Shown piece after piece: positions 39,891 through 51,530 of a stretch of DNA of 64,000 nucleotides. A model generated the notes under the pieces. It saw nothing but the letters and a program-made list of their open reading frames with translations. It was not told the DNA's origin and did no database searches. Position 1 is the stretch's first letter. Every line of letters begins with the position of its first letter. Location of the stretch: assembly GCA_013265495.1 (NCBI GenBank), contig MU057701.1, positions 682,001 to 746,000 on the forward strand. Direction: 5' to 3'. The translations under genes and the position numbers were made by a program. This DNA comes from Vicugna vicugna. Its lineage: Eukaryota.

Positions 39891-42680
39891 GTAAGTGAAT
39901 GGACGGCAGTTCCTGGACTGTGGACAAAGTGACTCTATGATGTAAACTGGAGCGTCCGATGCCCAACAGGTGTACAAGTGCTGAGTCAACACGAGGTCCC
40001 TGCATCTAGAAAACCCTGTTTTCATGAAAATGCATTTTGCCTACAGTTTAATGTTCTTCCACTAACAGATACTTGACACTTCATCTCTCATTATGTGACC
40101 TCCATGTCTATTGGGTGAGTATGTTCAGGAAGTTGGACTTTCAAAATATACTCCCTCTCTGACATCAGGCTAATCTAGTTCCAGGTAGAGGTACTTGGGG
40201 TCTGGGGTTCCAGGCAGAGGCACCCAAGGAGAGTTCTCACTCAACAGATCGTGCAGATATAGACAACTGAGGTAGAAGATGCCCCAAGAGACAGAACAAG
40301 AAATCCCAGTGGTCCCTTTTGGTGGTGCACCTCAGCCGTTCTGCTCAGTTAATAATTCTGCTACCAAAGAACTATTAATAATCTCAAAACACAGATTTCA
40401 ACTGTATACCTACTTTGAACATGTTAATTTTGTAGCAGGAACCCACTTGGTGATGATTGAAGTTTGTTAGGGGCCTTCTAACATGACTCTCATCCTTATG
40501 GAAATTAATGGGAAATGCAGTGTTAAACATTGTCCTTTGTAACTCCTATTTTCATTAAAAAAAAAAAAATACTACCCAAGTTGTCTCTCCATTCCAGACA
40601 GGCTGAATATCTGCTTATTTTTCCACTTTAAAAAAAAAAGAAAGACTGATAAAGAGCAGCTTTCTGAAATTCCTTTCAGGGCACTGGTATTTAACCTTAA
40701 TGCACTGAGTTTTTTGTTACTTGGATGAATTTGTCTACTGAGATTGGGGGGAGCCAATTGATAATAAAATCTGTAAATCTGGAATTTAGGTCCAAGGGAT
40801 AGATCGAACTTGGGCTCCTGATAATAACAGACCCTGGAGCAAATCTGAGACAGAGGAGTGTCCTGATCTTCTGCTGAGCTCCAGAATCCATTCTGCCCAG
40901 CCCAAGGTGGAAGCCAGGTGGGACCCATGGAAATCAAGTTTTGGTACCTCCCGTTCTCCTGCTATGTCCCAGTTATCAAGCAGGAAGACAGTCGGGGCTC
41001 CCAGAGTAAATATTTTCCAGCCTCCCTTCTGTCTCTCTCAGGCTGTGTATTCTCATCCTCCTACAACATCCCACATTTTTTTTTTAAACCCCAAATGATC
41101 TCCTCTTACTAGGGCACTACCACGGTAATGTTTTATTATTTCCTCTTCTCACAGAGCATACTGAGATGGCCACAGGGCTCATTGTCTTTTTTTTTTTTCC
41201 TCTCACAGATGACTTTGGTTAGTTTTGAGGATCTATTTCTTCAAAACACTTGTAAGAATTACAGTCTAGTAATAGGCATTCTCAGTGCCCATTTCCAAAT
41301 ATAATGAAGTGCTATCAACACCCCAAAAACACACCTGCTCCGGCACATGAGCCGCTAATGAGGATATGAAGCTAGCATTTGCATCAGTTTTAAGTGCCAG
41401 GGATGCCTTTCCCTGAACACCTTTGTTCTTTAAGAATCTATTCACAGTTAAGGGGAAAGAATATTCAAAAGCGAGCCATTAGCACATTATTGAATTCTTG
41501 TTTCAAGCAGACAGCTGTGTTATTCGTAACGCAATAGGGTATATTTGCTGATGCCTCGACGCTGTTCTTTTGACTTCCCTGAATTTGACACACTCAGCAC
41601 TCAAGTGCATATGGCTTCATGTTGTTTCTTATTTTCATTACATGTTTCCTCCTTCTGAATCATAAAAGCCTCACTAGATATCCAGAGGCCTAGAGTAATA
41701 AACACTTCATTATGAAAGCTTCCCTTGTCTCCACAAATTCACCGAATTAAAAATCCTTCATTTATTGAAACATGCTTGAAACTTTCCACAAGAGGTTTTT
41801 GACAATTGCTGGATTTGTTTGGCAGGAAGAATGGAATGTTGGAGGGAGAGTGTGAGTATCCAAGAAATGTAAAAAGGCATATTTATAGAAGAAAAAAAAA
41901 TACCACGAAATAAAAGCACATAAGTAGTGTTACGCACACTATTTGTTCTCCTTGGTCTTCTATTGCCATTATGTGTCACTGTAAGAAACAATCCCATTCC
42001 TTTTGTCTCCAGTCAGGCTTATCATTCCCATTATGTTCTGCTCTCCTTCTGGCCTCCTATTTCATCTCTTTCAATAATAGTAGACTAAACTGCTTTTTTC
42101 CCCTCACTTCTATTACATGAAAGTCAAACCTAGATAAATTTACTACTTACTTATCTTGTATCCCACACCTTCAGTTATATATATTTTTAAAAAACCCAAT
42201 ATTTAGGATATTTCATTAGGGAAGAGTGTTAAGTGCTTTTGGCTTAGAAGTGATTTGCTACCCAGACAAGTGTTCTTGATTTCCACCATTTATGACCTCC
42301 TGGCACCAGTGAGACTCACCCTTCTGCAAATGAAAAGTAGAACCTGTTTTAGGTAAAGATCAATGAAGAGAAAAATCTCAAGGTGATTAGCCCTAGAGAT
42401 TCATTCCAGTCACTGCTGAGTGACTGCCAAGTCATTGTCATTAGTTTGAAAAACCTCCAGCTCAACTTTCAAATAAGATGAAGAGATTAATTTACAGCAA
42501 GGATATGCCCACCATGGAAAGAGCTGAGTAAGTATATCACCCTGTAGTTGTCATCACACATGGACAGAGGGATGGAGAAATTTGTAATTGTCAGAATTCC
42601 TAGTATTGGGAACCACCAATTTTCCAGATAGTTTTAATCAAACATAGTATTCTGTCAACCGCCTTCTTTTGCTTTTTTAG

Positions 42681-42744
42681 GTGGTCCGAGATATTCTCCT
42701 GATTGGACATAGACAGGCTTTTGCATGGGTTGATGAGTGGTATG
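42681..42744 (+). CDS. PITPNC1: PITPNC1 internal coding exon (64 nt, ~residues 207-227; exon 8)
   Basis: ttttAG acceptor and GTAAGT donor. Translates to VVRDILLIGHRQAFAWVDEWY plus one base (phase 1), containing the PITP HRQ..W.D.W motif. Confidence 0.98.
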
Positions 42745-45124
42745 GTAAGTCAACTTCCCCCAAATAACTTACAGAACAACTTCATAACATGTTGGCTTGG
42801 GCTTCCAGTCCATCTGGCTTCTACCGCTACCTAGAGAGACATCAACAAAGGCAGGGCTTTTGTTTCCTGTATTGGAAATAGCACTGTCCAAGGACATAAT
42901 GAGGAAGGATGTGATGACAGAAGCTTGCTCTAAAATAGCCACAACACTCAGTTATTGACTAAATAGGACCTCCGTATGTTTGATGCTTGCATACTTGATA
43001 ACAAAGGGCTCATGATTGATTCTCTGTTGGATGGGTTTCAAACCCATCCCCATTTATCCCAGACTTCAAGATCAATGCTGTCTGAAGCATCTTATCAAGT
43101 GAAAGCAGCCCTTTAATGTAGCGAATACTTGAAACACTCCATCTCCAAAAACGCAGAAGACTTCAAGGGCAGGGGCTTAAGTGTACCCTTAATCCTGAGA
43201 CTATTGTTCTAGTTTTGTTTAAAATGATTTGGGAAGAATTAAACAAGTTCTGCTTACTTCCAGCAAATGGAAAGAAACAAGATATGTTTCATACCGTGAC
43301 GGACGGACCACCGTTCCCAGATCCCCAGCACGATCGTTTTGTCCACGTGAATCCTCCACATTCCCAGAATCAGTCATCAGAGGCTAGTGTCCTTGACTAT
43401 AAATAGAAACAAACATGCCCAGTTGGTGACTTGGGGTAGATCTGATTGCCTAATGAAATGCCCTTCTCCTCGGCCTTTTCCTGAGTCCCACTGAATTTGT
43501 TCTCAGTGTTACCCTAGATTGCATTTTGGTGCCTTTCTACCATTGTTCCACCAACCCCCTTCCTCCTCTTAGCAGAAGGCATCAAACTTAAATTGAAAAG
43601 TTACATTGGACTGAGTGGGCAAAGCCAGTGATTGTTATTAATGTTTGCTGTTTCCAAACCACATTTTAAAAGACAGGGTTCTGTAGGCTATGGGCATGCT
43701 TTTTTTTTTTTTTTTTTTGCACACTTTTCCCAGATCCACATCTTCTGGAAGGCAAATGCATCCTTGCATCTTCCTGGGTTTGCCCAAATGCAGACCTCTG
43801 AAAGAGATTCTTTCGAAAGAGCATCATTTGCTGTCTCTTATCACACACCCCCTCCCCAGGGTGCTGCTCACATGCAGCAAGTGCGCTGACTCCCCACACT
43901 GTCTTCCTAACACCTATTTGTGATTGTCCTTTGTGAGGGAAGTGGAGGGAAAGTTGCTTGTGATTACTTCCCCTGATCATTAAACAAATCTTTCTGGTTG
44001 TTTTTTTCTGGGGAGATTTTCTCAGATTCTTAGAGGGAGCACAAACACCCCAAAAGGTTAAGAACTGCTGGTCTCCCCCAACTTGCACACCTCCACGCTC
44101 TTGGCATCCTTGCCACCCGACAGAATTTCAAAAGGATATTCAAAGAAAACTAGGCTCAAACGAGTGAGAAGTTTGGCAAGTGAACAGAAGCCTGAAGGGC
44201 CAAAACACTGCCACACTGAAGACTGAGAGACAGGGCGCGTTAATAGATGTCTATTGAGTGCCGGGTCACCATAGAGGACTTTTCAGAAAAGGCAGCATCA
44301 GAAAGGGTAGCCGCACCCCGATTAAGAGGACAAAACCCTGCAGGCCTGTGGATCAGAAAAGAGAGTTTAAGTAGAGGCAGGATATAGAAAAACAAAATAC
44401 GGGCAGGCGTCTAGTAAGGGAACAGCTGGAGTGCAGAGGATGGGGGCCAGCTGAACCCTCAGCAAGGAAGAGACTTAAAGACTTTCAGTTAAAAAAAAAA
44501 TTTCTCAGACTACTGCAGGGGCCCAAAGCTAGAATAATGCTTCAAAGAAAGCCCTTTAAGAAGAAAATATCTACCTATTTACTTAAGATGGGTGAGGTAG
44601 AGACAGAAATTAACTCAAGGAGTCTACAGACAAAAAGCTCTTTCTATATCTGAATGCAAAAAAACAGAGTGTGGTTTAGTGGATGTAGATCGTCAGGGCG
44701 CCTCGTACTCCCCAGAGAAGCTCTCCACCCCCTGTGTACACAATCTTAGCCCCAACCAAAACAAGCAGCCTTTTCACTCAGTAAGGGGTCTGAGAACCAC
44801 CCCATCAATTTCATGTAAATTACTGGCATTGCTGCCCCCAGCCTGAGCTGCTTGCCAGGAAAACCGTGGTTCCTTCATTACCCAGATGCAGACACTCAGT
44901 CAGTCAAATGAATGGAAATGGCCCTGCCCACAGCCCCTTGTTCAAGCAAATGCTGGGGACTGCAGACCTTTCGGGTAAGTGAGTGTGTCACTGTCCACCA
45001 GAACAGCCTTTCAGTTTGGGGTACCTGAATTTGCTTATTTTTCTTTGGTCAATACAGGCTCAGTGAAGCCCTTGTTAGTAAACAGAAAAGGTTCAAAGTA
45101 AAGAAACCCTTTCCTATAGCTTGT

Positions 45125-45312
45125 AGCGCTTATTCTCAAAGTGAGGTCCCTGGGCCAGCAACATCAGCACCCCTGGGATGTTATTACAAATTTAGATTCT
45201 CAGGCCCCACCCCAAACCTACTGAATCAGCTACTCTGGGGGGATAGCCCAGCAGTCTGTGCTTTAATGAGCCCCCCAGATGACTCTGGTGCTCACTAAAA
45301 TTTAAGAATGAC
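45125..45312. mobile_element. MER5A-like MITE, near full length
   Basis: ttctcaaagtgaggtccctgggccagcaacatcagca...ttctcaggccccaccccaaacctactgaatcag...aaaatttaagaa. Confidence 0.8.
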
Positions 45313-46984
45313 TTTAAATCAGATTAGATGAAAGGAAAGTTTAATTAATTCAGTCCAGATTTAATTAGGCTAGAGAATGGGAAATGTCTTCAGGGCCAAC
45401 TGCTAAAAACTCTGATGGCTTCTTAGCATTAGAAAAAGGCGCCCCTTCTGGGCGGATTCAGCTGCTGCTATCAGCTTAGGGCTGAATTTTAGCTCCACTG
45501 ACCTGCTGGGTTGTGTCCAAACTGTACGCCTGTATGCTGTGGCAGCCCTGGATGTCTTTTTCCCTAATTAGACTCACCACCTCCAGTGCTTAATTAAGAG
45601 TTAAAAAAAAAAAAAAAGCACATCGTAGCTGACAGTGATCTTTTCTTGCCCAAAAATCAATTTTGTATCTTTTCTGAGTTTCAGCATTTGGCTGTCACAT
45701 AACTGTTTCCCTAAATAGATTTTATTCTGCTCTTGTTCGTTGTAAAGCATAACCATTTCCCCTGTTGGTGGAGTTGAGTTTGTCTTTCAAAGCTTCGACT
45801 GGTCTTTATCCGTGAGCCTTGGCTATCCCCTGCATGACGGGAGCACTGATCAGAAGAAACAACAGCACATTTCAGAAGATAGGGTGGAAGGGGAGGTGGA
45901 TAAAAATAGGCAGCCCAGCTTCCCCAAAGCATGGTTTTGCTTCACAAATGTGACAGTGTTTTGAGAGAAGAACACAGAGGGCTGCCCGAGGGAGGCTGTG
46001 ATTGAGTGGAACCTCATGAATCCTGACCCTTCCAGAAAAGTATATGGGATAGTTCTGGCTAGTATGGCTGAAACTCCAGAATGAAAGTGACTGAGCGAGC
46101 ATTCAGGAGTCCTTAGAGCTTCCTAACAATGAGTGAAGCAAGCCCAAGGTGGAAAAGAAGACTGCTTAGGGACTAGCATTAGCTGGTTGAGTTCACCAAG
46201 CCAGCGTTTTCCAGCGGCCTCAGGCTTCCTGAAATACGATCTTGAGTGCCGTGGCTCTTACGCAACCCTTTATATGTGCTTGCTTACATTCGTTTTTATG
46301 GGAAGAGAATCCATAGCTTTCCATTAGATTTTTAAAGGGATCTGTGACTCCCTCCACCTCCCCAAATTAAGAACTATGGAAAAAAATCATAACTGTAGAT
46401 TACAATTCTAGATCTTAGTGGTCTGAATCACATGGAAAGGGTATGCACCAAGCCTTGAGGATTGGCTTCTTTTACTACAAAAGAGTGGAGCCACCCCTAA
46501 GCTATTTATAACAAGCATCTATTGAATTTATAACCATTTTAAGGAGTTTAAAAAAAAAAAAGCACTTCCCAAAGGATGGCCACCATTTTGCTAGAGTCAG
46601 AGATATCAAATCTAATGTTGAAGCTTTCTCCAACCCCTGACCCAACCACTTGTTTAAGACTTTCATCTTGATTTAAAGCCAAAAATAATTACTTCTGTTT
46701 AGGCTGACAAGCCTGGAAATGGAGAGACAATGTTTGTAGGAGGAAATAAAATATAATGTGCCACTGGACAGGTCATTGAATTAAAGTATAAGGCTCTTTA
46801 TTAAAACTGCAGCTGCTGCAGCTATGCAGTACAATGAAGGAAAATTCTTACTTGCTGGCGTTTTGTTCCATGGCATTTATAGTTCATATTCAACTGACTT
46901 CTATCCTAAAGGCCTTTCAAATATACAGTCTTGCCTCTACTTCCTGTGAAATCAACCTGCCTTCTAGAATAAAATGATTGAAAG

Positions 46985-47870
46985 AAAACTGCCACCATAA
47001 ACAAAGTTGAAAGACTAAGAAAAGCTACTTGCAACATATGTAGCCAGCAGAGGACTAATATCTATAATATATAAAGAGGTCCTATAAATCAAAAATCCAA
47101 CAACTCAATAGAAAAAAAGTAAAGGACATGAATAGGTAAACCGTGGAAGAAGAAATGCGAATAAGCAACAACATTACTACTAATCACAAGAAATGTCAGG
47201 AAAACAACAAGAAGATAAGACATTTGCCCATCTAATAGCAAAAACTTAAGAGTGATAATAATCCAATTTTGGATAGGTGGGAGAGCACACTAACAATTTC
47301 TATTTTTTAAAAATGACAACGATAAGTACAAATAGCCTATGACCCACTGATTCCACTTATACAAATTTATCCTTAAAGAATACACAGTGTTCATGAGTAC
47401 AAGTGCAAAGCTATTCAGTGTAGTGTTGTTTCTAAAAGCTTAAATCTAGTCTCCATGTAAATGTCCATTAGCAGAGATATGGTCAAGTGAATTATGAAAC
47501 ACTCACACTATGAATATTGCGTGCAATGATTAAAAAGAATAAGATAGTTCCATATGTACTGATATGGAAATATGCACATTTTCCATTAGTGGAAAAAGCC
47601 AGAACAATATGTATAGTATAGTGCATATAGTATGATTCCATAAATGCAAAAATAAGTGAGACTGTAAGAGTGTGTGTGTGTGTGTAATAACAACATACAT
47701 GTGAGTTCATAGGGAAAAATCTGGCCATGGTTATCTCCAAGAGGCATAGGATTGATAAGGGAAGTTAAAAGGAACTAAACTCTTTTCTCTGTATAAACCA
47801 GTACTGTTTGAATTATTTCTGTGGAGCATAATTCATGCACTAGTTAAGTGATTCAATAAGTAAATAATAA
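46985..47870 (+). mobile_element. Old L1 (L1ME-like) 3' fragment
   Basis: ggactaatatctataatatataaaga...caactcaatagaaaaa...aaaggacatgaatagg...tatgacccactgattccactt. Confidence 0.7.
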
Positions 47871-50494
47871 TTGAAACCCATACTTTGTTAAAAAAAAAAA
47901 AAAAGGCCAAAAATGGCTAAAGCAGACCAAGACTCGGATTGCTGAGGTACATTTTGCTGTTTAACAAAGAACCTTAGTTCACGGTTTAGGAAATGGAAGA
48001 AGCTTCCTCAATTAACAAACTCCCTGAGTCCAGAGCATCTCTGACAAAGCTGGGCTGGTGGTAGAGAAGAGGGGCCCACCCAGGCCAATTCAGTGTGGCC
48101 GCCACATGCTGGGATAGGAGACTGGGTCTGCTTACTCCCCTCACCTGAAGGCGGGCGAGAAAGAGGAGGAAGAAATGGTCTTGCAAGAGGGCAAAGATGG
48201 GAAGTCTTGCAATGAAGAGGACATTTTTACCCCCAGATTATCAGGCACTCACTGACAACCAAGTGTCAAAGATACTAGGATATACATTCCTTATCAGAAG
48301 AAATTTGGTTCTAGTTGGAATAATGTCTTAAATCAGGCAGGCCAGTGTTATTTTGTTTAAGAAGCCTTCATTTAAGAAAGTTTGCTTAAGAAGAGTAAAA
48401 TATGACCTTTCAAATCTATAAATTTAGTGATTATCAGTTTATTTGCAAAATGATTGACATTGGATTCCTTTCATTAAGAGTTTCTCTGATCACATAAGCA
48501 CTTACTTGTTTGCTGGGAGCAAAGAGACCTGAACCTAAATTGTGAGAAGTCACTCTGATCATTGAAAATCAATCAGTAATGAAGATGAATCATCACTGAA
48601 AGTATAATCTGTCATTGGGCACGTGTAATTGAATTTACTAAAAAATTGATTCATATATATAGATTTCGAGGTAATATACTTTGCAGAAGCAAGACATAAT
48701 GCATTTTACCAGATAACCTGAACAGGAATATTTTCGCTTGATTAGGCTCTCCATAAATTACTGAGGAATACTGAAAATGTTGACATCATTTCCTTAAGCG
48801 TGTATGGTATGTGGGGATAGTTCAGGATTTGATCAGCATCAGCTGGGACCAAATTATCATTTTTTTAGAGGACTACTTTACTAGAACTGTTCATTCTTAT
48901 ATAGTCTGAGAGATTTTTTTTCTCTAAGATGAAATTTTCTGCAACTTTCTTTTCTTTAAAAAAAAAAAAAAGGGATCATGTTTCTAGAACAAGGAGAAAT
49001 TCTAGAAAAGTGTCTCCTTACCAATTCACAAATTTGTGGTATCTGTCTACTGATGACCCCAAATAATAGATTTTTAAATAATGTTCTTTTTCTTTGTTAC
49101 ATAAGTAATGCATATTTGATGTAGAAAATTAGGAAATAAAGATAAGCAAAAAGGAGAAAGTGCAAATTACCTATAATTCCAACTCCTCAAAACAATCCCT
49201 GTTAACATTTTGAAACATACCATTTCAGTTTTTTTAAACGTAACTTTTGTGTTTTTTTAATGTATATTGTGCAAAAATGATTTCATACGTGTACAATCTT
49301 TTTACTTCCAATTTTTTTAATTTAATAATATACCAAGAACATTTCTCTATAGTGTTAAATATTCTTCTACATCATTTTTAGTGACTGTATAACACTGTCA
49401 GGTCTCTGAGTTGTTTTCAGTTTTTCACTATGATGAACAAGATAATGACGGGTATCTTTATGATTAAATCTTTCTTCACATCCATAAAAACTGATGTATC
49501 TTTGAAAGCACATAGTCACATAGTTTAAAGACCTCTCTTAAAATTGAGCTAATTAAAGATAAAGAGTGATTTCTGTTGAGATTCACAAGAACAAAGAAAC
49601 TAAACAACCTTTGTTTTTGTTTTCGAAATTCCTGTCATGCCGGTGAGGGGGAGAAGTAAACTGTATAATGAACATATGTATAGAGAAATTCTTTCAATTT
49701 TAAACTTTTAACTTAAAAATGACCTTAGTATTCATTCCAGGTGTATTTGTGTTTAAGAAATTTTGATGGCTAGTCATTGAAATTAAAGTGATTGTATTGA
49801 AATGATGTGTTATTGTTAACTAAGATATATTTGTTCTAATCACAAAGCAGCATCTCTTTACTGCTTTCCAGTTACCTTGATTTTCTAAAAGAAAAGCATG
49901 CTCTTCGCTTGGCCAGACTGTTGCCTAGCCTTCTTGATACTTGCATTGCTCACAGACAGCATTTCTTATTAACCATTTTGGGGTGTGGGAAGATGACCAG
50001 CTAAATAAAATAGCCCAGGTCTGGATTTAGAGCTGCCCTCCGTCTTGGCCCCAGACCACACTGAATTCATTCATACACTTCTGGCAGGTCTGCCCTTTGG
50101 AAGTGAAGAGACTCTCACATGACACACATGGAGTGATATAAAAAGACACCGATCCACATGATGCAGAAAATACTTAAGGAGAAATTCCAGCTGTGAATAC
50201 CCACTCTAAATCCCCACCAGGCTAACTGGTGATGAGGGCAGTCGTTTGATTAACCAGTTGTGGAGCATGTACAATTCATTGTAAAGAGGCATGAAGTTAA
50301 ATTCTGCCAGGAGAGCAACAGAGGAATGCCCATCTGGGGAAATTGCTGGTAAAATGTAAAATAACCAGGGAGTGGAGTGGGGAGTAGAGGATAAAGCAAC
50401 AGAAGTATTTAAAGTGAGATTAACTGTTATTTGTATGCATTCCACATTCTGGAGATGAATGGGTTCTTTAAGCTTTTTATCAGTCGGATTTAGA

Positions 50495-50687
50495 CAGGGT
50501 TTCTCAGCCTCAGCACCACTGACATTTTGGACCGGACAATTCTTTGTTGGGGGGTGCAGGGGAGTACTGTGCATCATAGGATGTGCTGCAGCACCCCTGG
50601 CCTCTACCCACTACATGCCAGTAGCACCTGCACCCCAGCTGTGACAACCGAAAATGTCACAAAACTGGCGCCTGTTGAGAACCCCTG
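50495..50687 (-). mobile_element. MER20, antisense, with 8-bp TSD
   Basis: cagggtttctcagcctcagcacc...ttgagaacccctg; flanks GATTTAGA and GATTAAGA (7/8 match, hAT-type TSD). Confidence 0.88.
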
Positions 50688-51411
50688 GATTAAGAAACCA
50701 TTATTCTGAAATACCAAAAAAATCACAGGCTCAGACCAAAAATCGTAATGTCACCTGCCATTTTATTTATAGACCAGTGGAGGTGGGAGTAGTGCCAGCC
50801 ATCTTCCAGCTGTTAGGCTAGACTTGAAGTTCAGTGTAGACCTGCACTCTTGGACACCATGTATTCTGTGCAAAAGTACATCTTGGTGTGAGCATTGCAC
50901 CAAACCTCAGCGGTGCCAGTGAATGTCATTTCTCTGCCTTCTATGTCCTGTCTCTTATAATAGCAATGAAAGTGTCCTTTCTGTTGTTGAATGCATTGGT
51001 TTAAAGAAGCGCCAAATCTATTTTGAAAGGTATATGAAAGGTAAGTATTTAACCACACAAACCTGACCCCGTCCCTCAAAAGGATCTTCTAACTATGCTC
51101 TTAGGAGATCTCGGGCTACGGCACCCTCCATGTGCTAATACTTTCTCCCACCGAGCTCACTTTACAAGAATCATCCCTAAATAATCTCCACTCTTCTCCG
51201 TTCTGACTATTTTGACTTAACTTCCTTGTACTGACTCCCCCTTTGGCTGGTTTAGCTAACTTTATGATTGACTCTTCATAAAGTTAGTGAATCCCCTGCT
51301 TTTTACACCTCTCCTTGGCTTCTGCTAAGCTACCATCATTCCCTAAAGTCTTCCCCATTGAAAAGTTCGCCTTTAATAATGGAAGTTGCCAACGTCTTGA
51401 CCTTCTTTCAG

Positions 51412-51530
51412 ATATGACAATGGATGATGTTCGGGAATACGAGAAAAACATGCATGAACAAACCAACATAAAAGTTTGCAATCAGCATTCCTCCACTGTG
51501 GATGACATAGAGAGCCAGGCCCAAACAAGT
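51412..51530 (+). CDS. PITPNC1: PITPNC1 alternative cassette exon (119 nt) of the short 268-aa isoform (sp2)
   Basis: tttcAG acceptor and GTATGT donor. With the G from exon 8 it reads DMTMDDVREYEKNMHEQTNIKVCNQHSSTVDDIESQAQTS. Splicing to 55266 adds ACA TGA (Thr, stop), giving the known short-isoform C-terminus ...AQTST. Confidence 0.93.

Noticed and set aside
51315..51411. Upstream extension of the 137-aa ORF covering the cassette exon
   Set aside because: Starts at a TTG within the acceptor region; the real entry point is the splice acceptor at 51412.
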